A stretch of 64,000 nt of DNA from a bacterium (GTDB taxonomy: Bacteria > SAR324 > NAC60-12), in the NCBI GenBank assembly GCA_965205865.1, contig CBDBHR010000030.1, positions 672,001 to 736,000 on the forward strand, given 5' to 3'. A program made the position numbers and the translations under genes. Of this stretch, positions 29,758-38,617 are shown piece by piece. The number at the start of each line of letters is the position of its first letter. The stretch's first letter is position 1. The notes beneath the pieces were generated by a model, which was not told where the DNA came from, did not search any database, and saw nothing but the letters and a program-made list of their open reading frames with translations.

Positions 29758-30500
29758 CTAAGAGAACGGGTTGATCAGTCGGGCCAGGAGGCCTCTTTTG
29801 CGTTTCCTGGCGCCATAACTTCCCTGACTGCCCCGCATTCGGGGATCGAGCAGATCCCGCATGGCATCGCCGAACATGTTGAGAGAGTAGACGACAATCG
29901 TCAGGCAAAGCCCCGGCCACAGCGCCAGCCTTGGCGCCGCCTCCATGTAGATGCGTCCTTCCTGGCTGAGCATCCCCCCCCACTCAGGAGTGCCGAGAGG
30001 CAAGCCGTAACCGAGGAAGCTCAGAGCAGCCACGCCCATGATGACGCCTCCTATGTTGATCGAAAAGGTGATGATGAGGACAGGCATAATATTGGGAAGA
30101 ACAGGTTGATCCCGGAGATCATCGGGTAGTCCCGTTCTTCGAGTGACGCCACCATGAGACGACCAAGCCCCGGCAGGTTGAAGATATTCTCCATGATCAC
30201 GGCGCCGCCGACCAGGATTGGCAACTGCATACCGCAGAGAGGCTGGGCGGCCGCAGCGCGGCCAATAAGCCCCGCTGAACGCGTCACTATCGGTATGAGG
30301 GCATTCTTGATCGCGTGTCGGACAATAACCATCCTCTCCTTCAGACCCTTGGACCAGGCGGTGCGGATATAGTCCTGCCTTAGACCTCCAGCATCATCGT
30401 GCGGGTCAGGCGCATGGTGGATGCCGAGAGGTAGGTCCCCAGAATCAGGCTGGGAATGAAGAACACCGCCAGATTCCCCAGCGGGTCTTCCGCGAAAGAG
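29758..30500 (-). pseudogene. Deleted/fused remnants of DppB- and DppC-like permeases
   Basis: QDYIRTAWSKGLKER..ERDYPMISGINL (B-type, frameshifted) joined to ALSFLGYGLP..PEWGGML..GDAMRDLLDPR (C-type). Confidence 0.8.
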
Positions 30501-30732
30501 ACCATCGTTAGCGATGGCTATCGACAAAAAACTATCGACCAAGCTCTTAATTTGAGGAGTACTTTTAGAAAAAGCCAGGAGAGTTCATAGCGCTTCTGAG
30601 TATAAGGCCATGTCAGAGCCAATCTTATTGGATTTACAACAACGAGAAAGTGAAATTCTCCAATACTTGTATTCTACAGTTTGCCATGACTTCCCATCAG
30701 CAAGCGAGGATTTTCACGCATCAAGAGTCCCC

Positions 30733-31698
30733 TTACTTGTATTGGATTCGTGGATCCAGGTAGGAGTAGAGGAGGTCGATGAACAAATTGATCGTCATGA
30801 CCGCGAAGGCAAAGAAAAGATTGATCCCCGATATCAACGGGTAGTCGCGATTGTTGAGGGCATTGATCAACAGCCGTCCCAGACCCGGGATAGCGAACAT
30901 CTGCTCCATGATCACCGTACCGCCGATCACTAAGGGCAGCTGCAGGCCAATCAAGGTCACCACCGGGATCAGCGCGTTCTTGATGGCGTGCCGCAGGATG
31001 ACCACGCGCTCTCTGAGGCCCTTGGCCCACGCGGTGCGAATGTAATCCTGTCGGAGCACCTCCAGCATCATCGTGCGGGTCATGCGCATCGTGCCCGCTG
31101 CCAGATAGGTGCCGAGGATCAAACCCGGCACGATGAAGATGCCAAAGTGGCCGACGAAGTCGTCGCTCAGGCGCACCAGGCGCAGCGGGGGAGCCCACCC
31201 CCACCAGATCGCCGGGAAGATGAGGATGATGGTGGCCAGCCAGAAGTTGGGCGTCGCCAGGCCGAAGATGGCGAAGGAGCGGCCGGCGTAGTCTCCCAGG
31301 GTGTTCTGATTGATGGCAGAGTAAATCCCGATGGGCACTCCGATCAGCAGACCGATGAGGATCGACACCAGACCCAGTTCGATGGTGGTCGGCAGCCGGC
31401 CGGCGATCAGTTGACCGACCGGTTCCGCCTTCAACAGAGGTTTGCCCAGATCGCCACGCAGGAGTATGCCGCCCATCCAGCGGCCATACTGCACGGGGAC
31501 CGGCACGTCCAGCCCCAGCCGCCGCTCGAGCTCCGCACGGTCGATGTGGGCGCCGCCGCCTGCCCCATCCTCCATCCGGTACAAAAGCGTGTCTATGACA
31601 TCCCCTGGGATGAACCGCACCGAGAGGAACACCAGAATGGTGACCAGAAAAAAGGTCGGAATCAGCAGCAGGACCCGCCGGATGATGTACGTTTTCAT
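30733..31698 (-). CDS. ABC transporter permease, DppB/OppB-like
   Basis: YIIRRVL, RLPTTIEL, QDYIRTAWAKGL, NALIPVVT, YSYLDPRI. Confidence 0.93.
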   Translation of the reverse strand: MKTYIIRRVLLLIPTFFLVTILVFLSVRFIPGDVIDTLLYRMEDGAGGGAHIDRAELERRLGLDVPVPVQYGRWMGGILLRGDLGKPLLKAEPVGQLIAGRLPTTIELGLVSILIGLLIGVPIGIYSAINQNTLGDYAGRSFAIFGLATPNFWLATIILIFPAIWWGWAPPLRLVRLSDDFVGHFGIFIVPGLILGTYLAAGTMRMTRTMMLEVLRQDYIRTAWAKGLRERVVILRHAIKNALIPVVTLIGLQLPLVIGGTVIMEQMFAIPGLGRLLINALNNRDYPLISGINLFFAFAVMTINLFIDLLYSYLDPRIQYK

Positions 31699-31826
31699 AG
31701 CTTCTACCGCAAGGTTTCTGTCGGAAATGCGCCGGAGTGCAGCTCCGTTATTGCAATCATAACTAATTGGGTTCCAACCACATCCATCGAACTCACGGAA
31801 TCCAGGTCAGAACCCAATTTATTGCT

Positions 31827-33659
31827 TCACTCCTTGTCGATCCAGAGGCGGGCGTAGATCGGCATTCTCTGAAGATTGCCGAGATCACCTTCCCCGTTGT
31901 AGCCCTTGAGCCATGGCTGGTGGACATTGAACAGTGGAGCTCTCGGCCCCCGTATCACCCATATCCCCTCGGCGATGCGCAGGTCGGCCTTTCGCGCCCA
32001 CTCCTGCTGCTCCTCTACCGTGGTGGCGGCCAGCATGTTCTCGAAGTACTCGTCAAACTCAGCGTCGATGACGTTCTGGTCCCGCCACCCGTTTTTCGAC
32101 CACGTATCGGCGATGGCATTGCTAAAACCGGGATACTCGGCGCCATGTACATCCGTCCTCAACCCGAGATAGGGACAGTCAAACGGGTTCTGACTGCACT
32201 CATTGCCTTTCTGTTGGTGTGTCGAGCGTAAAATCACCTGGATCTCGACGTCGATGCCGATCTGCCTGAGGTAATCCATGGCGATCTGGTAGTAGCCGAG
32301 GTCGAAGAACTCGTAGTGCTCATAGACGGTCTTGAAGCGAACGCCGTCCGCCCCGCGCGGAAGGCCGGCCTCGTCCAGCAGCTTCTCGGCCGCCTCGGGA
32401 TCGAACCGATACCACTGCGCGATCTCCTCGGGCCACTCCTCGAACGGGACCGCATACCCGAGCACAGCCCTGCCAAAACCGCCGACGGGCGTCGTATCGG
32501 ACCACCCCTGATGGTAGGACTCGGAGATGGCGTCGAAGTCTATGGCCATGTTGAGGGCCCGGCGCACGCGGATGTCGTTCCAGGGTGCGATCTGGTTGTC
32601 AAAATTGAACCCCGTCTCCGCACGAAACGAAAACGTGGTAAGCTGCAGCTCGGGATTGGTCTTCTGCAGACTCAGGGCCTGGTCGACGCTGGAGAGGTGG
32701 GAGTTCATCCCCCACCCCATCCAATCCGCCTGCCCCGAGCGCATCAGGGACAGCCTGGTAGCCGGGTCAAAGACTATCAGGAGCTCGATCTGATCGGCGT
32801 AGGGCAAACGGTTGTCGGGGAACTTCTCGTCGAAGCCCCAGTAGTCATCGATCTTGGTGTAGGTCCACGAGCTGCCCTCCACCACGTCAGTGAGCTGGTA
32901 GGGCCCCGTTCCGGTCACGTTGCGCCAGTCTTGAATGTCCCCGAATTGCTCGACGACCTCGCGGGCGACGATGTAGCAATGAGCACAAACGGTGAGTGTC
33001 TTCAAGGCATCGAGAAAGGGAGCTTTCAACTTGAACACGACCGTCGAATCGTCGGGAGCGGTGATCGAATCCCACTCCATCTTAGGCAGCGAACCGATCC
33101 CTATATCCTGCCCCGGCTCGCCGCCGTCAAGGCCCAGGAGCCGGTTGAAGCTGTAGGCGATATCGTGGGCGGTCAGCTGACGGCCGTTCACCGGCGCCTT
33201 TTTGTGCCAGAAGACGTTATCGCGAATCCTGAACACGTAGGTGAGCGGATCCGGGTTCTCCCAGCTCTCAGCCAGCTGTCCCCTGACGACCTCTTCGGGC
33301 AGGTAGAGCGTGTTGAAGCCGTACACACTCCGGTCGAATGCCCAGTCGCCAACACCCGGCTTCTCGTTGACCAGCCCGATCAAGCCCCCCGCGCTGTAAA
33401 CGAAGTAGGGATCGATGCCCTCCGGCTCGAAGGTCGCAATCAATCTGATCGTGCCGCCATATTTAGGAGCACTCACCATCTTTCCGGTGGATGGATCTTT
33501 GACCATCTTCTGCGCGACCACCATGGTCGGGCTGACCCCGAAGGCGGCCACCATCAGGGTGAGGGTGAGCAATAATGATTGCAGTTTTGCAGCAGACCAA
33601 ACGCCTGCCGGGTTCCGCCCCACGAGAGGGGCAAAAAGTTGCTTGAAATACATGTACAT
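31827..33659 (-). CDS. ABC transporter substrate-binding protein, family 5
   Basis: KMVKDPSTGKMVSAPKYGG, LAESWE, GTGPY, DIRVRRALNMAID, DPEAAEKLLDEAG; start uncertain. Confidence 0.9.
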   Translation of the reverse strand: MYMYFKQLFAPLVGRNPAGVWSAAKLQSLLLTLTLMVAAFGVSPTMVVAQKMVKDPSTGKMVSAPKYGGTIRLIATFEPEGIDPYFVYSAGGLIGLVNEKPGVGDWAFDRSVYGFNTLYLPEEVVRGQLAESWENPDPLTYVFRIRDNVFWHKKAPVNGRQLTAHDIAYSFNRLLGLDGGEPGQDIGIGSLPKMEWDSITAPDDSTVVFKLKAPFLDALKTLTVCAHCYIVAREVVEQFGDIQDWRNVTGTGPYQLTDVVEGSSWTYTKIDDYWGFDEKFPDNRLPYADQIELLIVFDPATRLSLMRSGQADWMGWGMNSHLSSVDQALSLQKTNPELQLTTFSFRAETGFNFDNQIAPWNDIRVRRALNMAIDFDAISESYHQGWSDTTPVGGFGRAVLGYAVPFEEWPEEIAQWYRFDPEAAEKLLDEAGLPRGADGVRFKTVYEHYEFFDLGYYQIAMDYLRQIGIDVEIQVILRSTHQQKGNECSQNPFDCPYLGLRTDVHGAEYPGFSNAIADTWSKNGWRDQNVIDAEFDEYFENMLAATTVEEQQEWARKADLRIAEGIWVIRGPRAPLFNVHQPWLKGYNGEGDLGNLQRMPIYARLWIDKE

Positions 33660-33824
33660 GGGAACTCCTTATACAAGAGATTGACAATACTTCACCCAGC
33701 CATTGAGCCCATCGAAAGAACGGGTGCTCGAACGCCCGGATGAGGAACAAAAGATTCCCGGGGAGAGATGAATTTTTTCATTTTATCTCTTTCTCCAGCA
33801 ATCCTATGGCACAAAGTATGAATT

Positions 33825-33901
33825 ATCATCATCATCATCATGAAATCAAGATAAAAATGCACTTTGGATTATTTTTTTGATTTTTTTTTTGGGGGGGGGG
33901 G
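33825..33901. repeat. Simple sequence repeats: (ATC)5, T10 and G11 upstream of SBP
   Basis: Directly visible tracts at 33825-33839, 33881-33890, 33891-33901. Confidence 0.85.
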
Positions 33902-33949
33902 TTAGGGCAGTGATTCCGTTTAATTTGAGAAGCAGGATTAGTCATTGCG

Positions 33950-34040
33950 AGCAACTCTATCAAATGTCTTTTCTCAGATTCCCCTGAATCCAACGTATCC
34001 AACGTGTTTTTTCATTGCGGTATTTTTTCTTCCAATTGCT
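33950..34040 (-). pseudogene. Fragment of Rpn-family gene paralogous to 41688-42545
   Basis: Aligns by eye with 42012-42102 (TATCAAATGTCT...GAATCCAACGT...GGTATTTTTTCTTCCAATT). Confidence 0.8.
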
Positions 34041-34144
34041 CCTCTCCCTTTCTCTTCCCATTGCGAATCATTTAATATTGTTTGCTTTGCGGTCAATGTG
34101 TGATCGTTTATTTTGATTCGACTGATAATAACTCGAGAAAAAAG

Positions 34145-34270
34145 TGCCAACCAGACGGTTCACTGGACGCCCACCCCTGTGTTTTTCACCAAATTTTGTG
34201 CTAGAATTGTCAGTTCATCTTTAGGACACTGGTCATTATCGGGTGGGCGCATGTGACCCTGACGTTATGC
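34145..34270 (+). other. Integron attC-like recombination site (126 bp)
   Basis: R'' TGCCAAC, 5-nt spacer, L'' GGTTCACT, stem CGCCCACCC/GGGTGGGCG, L' TGTGACC, 5-nt spacer, R' GTTATGC. Confidence 0.7.
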
Positions 34271-34419
34271 ATTGCACTAGGACAGTTTCGATGACAGATG
34301 ACTCGTTGAACGCACTCGCTAAGGTTCTAAACTCAAGGTACTTAGATATCTTTAATATTTTGTTCCAGTGAGCTATTATAGCGATGAGTTTCCTATCCCC
34401 CCTATGAAACAGAGAGTCT

Positions 34420-34689
34420 ATGAGAGTACCAAGTATTGATGGACATCGCACAAAGATAGAAAAAGTTTGCAAGGATAATAATATCTCATTTCTTGGTTTA
34501 TTCGGCTCCTACGCTCGTCATGAAAACACGGAGGAGAGTGATATAGATTTACTCATAGATTTTTATGAAACGAAAAGCCTTTTAGAAATTGCCCACATTC
34601 AAAATATCCTCAGTGATATCCTGCAAAGGGGACATGTACAGCGGCATCCCAACTCTACTGTTTTATGCCTGCTGTTACGTGTTCCCTAA
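34420..34689 (+). pseudogene. Minimal nucleotidyltransferase (MNT antitoxin-like), C-terminus replaced at 34628
   Basis: LFGSYAR.E.TEESDIDLLIDF motif; expected VDLV tail replaced by repeat-derived sequence; no HEPN partner follows. Confidence 0.75.
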
Positions 34690-34723
34690 TTTTGTGTATC
34701 CATACTTCTAACTTATTTAAATT
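34628..34723 (+). repeat. 96-bp element, copy A (inverted relative to 41482-41577)
   Basis: Three mismatches by eye versus reverse complement of copy B; internal hairpin GGGGACATGTACAGC...GCTGTTACGTGTTCCC. Confidence 0.9.
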
Positions 34724-34901
34724 TCATTCCTAAGGGGGCTGAGGATGGAGGGTAAGCAGAAGGAAAAAAAGATAAATTTCGGTACGCCTTCCGCGCCCGG
34801 GTAGCGTTTCCTTATCCCCAAAAATATCATCCATCCTACTTTTGGCTTTCCTTGTGTACACAGTTGTGTTATTTGCGGTTCACACCAAAATGGGAGGTAT
34901 C

Positions 34902-35132
34902 ATGGACGCCTATAATGTGCGAGAAACGAGGGAAAATCTGTCCAAATTTTTTTAATCCGGAAAAACGGTTGAAATCAAGCATCCCACCCATCCTGTCATT
35001 ATTATACCCAAAGAGAGATACTTTGAATTAGAAAAGGAGTTGATGAATCTCTACATGGATCTAGCTGAAGTGAGATCCAAGAAAAAGTATTCTACCGAGG
35101 AAAATGAGAGGGGACTCCCTGACATTGAGTAG
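34902..35132 (+). pseudogene. Phd/YefM-like antitoxin with in-frame TAA
   Basis: RBS GGAGG; MDAYNVRETRENLSKFF*SGKTVEIKHPTHPVIIIPKERYFELEKE; TGTGTACACA palindrome upstream (34853-34862). Confidence 0.6.
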
Positions 35133-35143
35133 GAGATTCAGAG

Positions 35144-35203
35144 GCCTAGCCAGGTGCTCAACCGAAGCGCATTCTGTGCCTGGTTAGGGTTTTGGTTGAG
35201 CAC
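35144..35203 (+). other. Short hairpin, degenerate attC-like site or terminator
   Basis: GCCTAGC-CAGGT-GCTCAACC...GGTTAGG...GTTGAGC; 10-bp perfect IR GTGCTCAACC/GGTTGAGCAC just after the antitoxin stop. Confidence 0.35.
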
Positions 35204-35330
35204 GCCGACTAATTTATTTGCCAGCATTGTTTGCTAAAATAGAAATCAATGATACAATTGAGGTAAATTGATAAAAAATGTAAATCCACGAATTAGTCAT
35301 TGAATTGCTATTCGGATCGGGAAAGGGGTT

Positions 35331-36002
35331 ATGAAAAAATTTGGGATCTTACTCTTCGGAGCAGGGATCATGGGGCTGCAGGCTCTGCCGGTTTATGGAC
35401 AACCCACCATTGGATTTACCCAGGAAGATCGAGAGCGCATCATTCGGCTGGAAACGACCTTAACACTTTTTATGGAAGCCACCGATCAGCGCTTTGAACA
35501 AGTAGATAAGCGCTTTGAACAGGTGGATCAACGCTTTGTCGAATTAAGGGAAGATATAAATATCCGCTTTGTCGAATTACGGGAGGATATGAACAACCGC
35601 TCGAAACAGGTGGATCAGCGCCTTCTCGAATTACGGGAAGATATGAACAACCGCTTTGAACAAGTGGATAAACGCTTTGAACAAGTGGATAAACGCTTTG
35701 AACAGATGATGGATATGCTGCAACTGATTGCCGGCATCTTTACCGCCCTGACCCTGGGAGTGATCGGCTTTGCTTATTGGGATCGACGCACCATTATTCG
35801 TAAAGCCAAAGAAGAGACCCTGGAAAAGCTGGAAGGGAAGGCCGCCCCTAAAGAAGAAGCGATCATCGAGCGGGCTGTGGCTCAAGCGGTGCAAGAAATC
35901 AAAAAAGACCATCGTCTGCAAGACTTGATTGCTGCACTACGAAAATTGGCCGCCACCGACCTGCCTCTGGCAACCGTGCTCAAAGAATTTCATTTATTGT
36001 AG
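35331..36002 (+). CDS. Exported/membrane coiled-coil protein with FEQVDKR / VELREDM repeats
   Basis: Signal-like N-terminus, heptad repeats, TM segment followed by WDRRT. Confidence 0.8.
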   Translation: MKKFGILLFGAGIMGLQALPVYGQPTIGFTQEDRERIIRLETTLTLFMEATDQRFEQVDKRFEQVDQRFVELREDINIRFVELREDMNNRSKQVDQRLLELREDMNNRFEQVDKRFEQVDKRFEQMMDMLQLIAGIFTALTLGVIGFAYWDRRTIIRKAKEETLEKLEGKAAPKEEAIIERAVAQAVQEIKKDHRLQDLIAALRKLAATDLPLATVLKEFHLL

Positions 36003-36316
36003 CTTCAATCACGCTCCTCTCTAGATAAATGGGGTCAGGCTTTCGTTATTGTTAATCATGACCCCATTTCTAGTATCGGGTTTGATTCTGATTGGGTTGA
36101 TCCTCAATTCCTCAAAAAACCAATATACCTGGTAACAGATTATCCATTAAAAAATCAACTATTGATCCAGGTATTTATTTTCCAAAAAGGTATACCTGTC
36201 CTCCCCGACAATCCGCTGGGGACAGTTGGCCCTGATAACTTGGGATCGCATTAAATTGGAAGAAGAATAAGCAGTCTAATGGAAAATAGAGTTGAAAGCC
36301 ATCTCCTTTTGTCCAC

Positions 36317-37285
36317 TTACCGGTCGAAAGGGTTGATCAGTCTGGCCAGGAGACCTCGTTTGGGTTTCCCCGTGGTGCCGTAACTGCCCTCACCGCCCCG
36401 CAGCCGGGGATCGAGCAGATCCCGCATGGCATCGCCGAACATGTTGAGACTGTAAACGGTAATAGTCAGGGCAAAACCAGGCCAGAGCGCCAGCCATGGC
36501 GCCTGCTCCATGAACTCACGCCCTTCCCGGCTGAGCATCGCTCCCCAGCTGGGAACCTCGATGGGTAGTCCGAATCCGAGGAAGCTCAGCGAAGCCTCAC
36601 TGATAATCACCCCGCCGATGTTGATGCTGAAGATGATGATGACGGGGGCCATAATATTGGGCAGGACATGGCGGATCAGGATTTGGGTCGTGGGGGTGCC
36701 CACGGCCCTGGCTGCCAGAAAATAGTCATTCTCTTTGACACCAATCACGGCGCCTCGGATGACTCTGGAACCGCCGATGCCTCCGGTGATCCCCAGGACC
36801 ACGATGATCTGGAGGAGACCCTGTCCCACGATGGACATGACGGTCAGCAAGAGCAGCAGCCCCGGGAAGGCCATCCAGGCATCGACAAATCGCTGTACCA
36901 CCAGGTCGAATTTCCCGCCAAGGAATCCTGAAGTGACGCCAATCAGGGCAGCCACCACCACATTGATCGTGGTCGCGGCCAGACCAACCACTAACGAAAT
37001 ACGAGCCCCATGGATCAGGCGGCTCAAGAAGTCTCGCCCCAACCCGTCGGTACCCAGCAGATGCCGGGCTGATGGAGCTTCAAGCATGGCTAACAAGTTT
37101 ATTTTATCATAGGGATAGGGAGTCACCACATCGGCAAAGATAGCGACGAAAATCAATATCAATACGATCATCCCGCAGGCAGTCCCCAGTGGCTTCTCCC
37201 GCCACAGCCTGATGAAGAAATCCGCAAACCGGTCCCGTCGTTTGGATTCATTGATTGTGAGTGGTATTTCTTGGGGGTTGTTCAT
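36317..37285 (-). CDS. ABC transporter permease, DppC/OppC-like
   Basis: HLLGTDGLGRD, GARISL, RHVLPN, EASLSFLGFG, GDAMRDLLDPR. Confidence 0.93.
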   Translation of the reverse strand: MNNPQEIPLTINESKRRDRFADFFIRLWREKPLGTACGMIVLILIFVAIFADVVTPYPYDKINLLAMLEAPSARHLLGTDGLGRDFLSRLIHGARISLVVGLAATTINVVVAALIGVTSGFLGGKFDLVVQRFVDAWMAFPGLLLLLTVMSIVGQGLLQIIVVLGITGGIGGSRVIRGAVIGVKENDYFLAARAVGTPTTQILIRHVLPNIMAPVIIIFSINIGGVIISEASLSFLGFGLPIEVPSWGAMLSREGREFMEQAPWLALWPGFALTITVYSLNMFGDAMRDLLDPRLRGGEGSYGTTGKPKRGLLARLINPFDR

Positions 37286-37307
37286 GTTCTCGATTTTTCT
37301 AAAATAC

Positions 37308-37605
37308 AGTCCCAGAGGGACGAAAGGGAATTTCCCGGCGATTCATCGCTGGGAAAGGAACCCCCCCTCCTCAGCTAGTCCCAGAGGGACGACACTTCTT
37401 CGATCTAGCGAGTTACTCCCATAAGGAAAAAGGCGCTTTTTGATTTCAGGAGTAATCATCTCAATTCGGTTTTTTGTGCTAAAGACACAATGAAGATGAT
37501 TGCTGAGGTAGGAATGGGACATGAAACCTCATTGTTGTGTCGTCCCTCCGGGACTTTGAAGGAGACTGTCTTTTGTTCCCAGCTTTCTTTCGTCCCTCCG
37601 GGACT
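37308..37605. repeat. REP/BIME-like cluster of four AGTCCC(A/G)GAGGGACGA palindromes
   Basis: Copies at 37308, 37377 (forward) and 37540, 37590 (inverted). Confidence 0.85.
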
Positions 37606-37653
37606 TCGTCTGACAGACGAATCTCAAACCTATATTTACCAGAAACATAACGA

Positions 37654-38607
37654 CTATTCATACCGGATCCTGGGGTCTAAATAAGGATAAATCAGGTCGA
37701 TGAGGAGATTGAACAGCACCACCCCGGTGGCGAAAAACAGGTTGATTCCGGAGACCATCGGGTAGTCTCGGTCCGTGAGGGCATTCAGCAAGAGACTACC
37801 GATCCCTGGCAGGTTAAAGATGTTCTCCATGATCACCGCCCCCCCGACCAGGATCGGCAACTGCAGACCGATCAGGGACACCACCGGGATGAGGGCATTT
37901 TTGATAGTGTGTCGGATCACTATGATCCGCTCCTTGAGCCCCTTTGACCAGGCGGTGCGGATATAGTCCTGCCGGAGCACCTCCAGCATCATGGTGCGCG
38001 TCATCCGCATGGTGGCGGCAGACATGGCCGTCCCCAGAATCAGGCTGGGGACGATGAACACTCCCAGATTCCCCAGTGGGTCTTCCACAAAAGGGATCAT
38101 CTTCAACGGTGGCGTCCAATTCCACCAGATGGCCGGGTAGAGCATGACCATCAGGGCCAGCCAGAAGTTCGGCGTGGCCAGGCCGATGATGGCCAGGGTG
38201 CGCCCCCCGTAATCGGCGATGGTATCCTGGCGAATCGCCGAGTAGATGCCCACCGGCAGCGCGATCACGAGCCCGATGACAATTGCCAGGAGACCCAGCT
38301 CAAGGGTGACCGGCAATCTACCTATTATCTTCTCCTCCACCGCCCCACGGCCCATCAGTGATTCGCCAAGGGTGCCGTGCCGGAAAATATTTCCTGTCCA
38401 GCGTCCATACTGCACCCAGACAGGCACGTCCAATCCCAGCCTGCGCTCAAGAGCCTCACGGTCTACCGTACCCGTGAATTCAGACCTAGCCACCATTGCG
38501 TCTATTACACCGCCGGGGATGAAGCGGACGGAAAAGAAGACGATGAGGCTCAAAGCGAACAGGGTAGGGATGACGAGCAATAACCGCCTGAGGATATAGG
38601 CTCTCAT
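37654..38607 (-). CDS. ABC transporter permease, DppB/OppB-like
   Basis: YILRRLL, RLPVTLEL, QDYIRTAWSKGL, YPYLDPRI. Confidence 0.93.
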   Translation of the reverse strand: MRAYILRRLLLVIPTLFALSLIVFFSVRFIPGGVIDAMVARSEFTGTVDREALERRLGLDVPVWVQYGRWTGNIFRHGTLGESLMGRGAVEEKIIGRLPVTLELGLLAIVIGLVIALPVGIYSAIRQDTIADYGGRTLAIIGLATPNFWLALMVMLYPAIWWNWTPPLKMIPFVEDPLGNLGVFIVPSLILGTAMSAATMRMTRTMMLEVLRQDYIRTAWSKGLKERIIVIRHTIKNALIPVVSLIGLQLPILVGGAVIMENIFNLPGIGSLLLNALTDRDYPMVSGINLFFATGVVLFNLLIDLIYPYLDPRIRYE

Positions 38608-38617
38608 GGGAAACCCC

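Noticed and set aside
32316-33575. 419-aa + strand ORF (also 38606-39835 and 30988-31857)
   Set aside because: Antisense shadows of GC-rich SBP/permease genes with no recognisable motifs
33950-34040. DGR template/variable repeat pair with the Rpn gene
   Set aside because: Mismatches are not adenine-specific and no reverse transcriptase is present; better explained as a decayed paralogue
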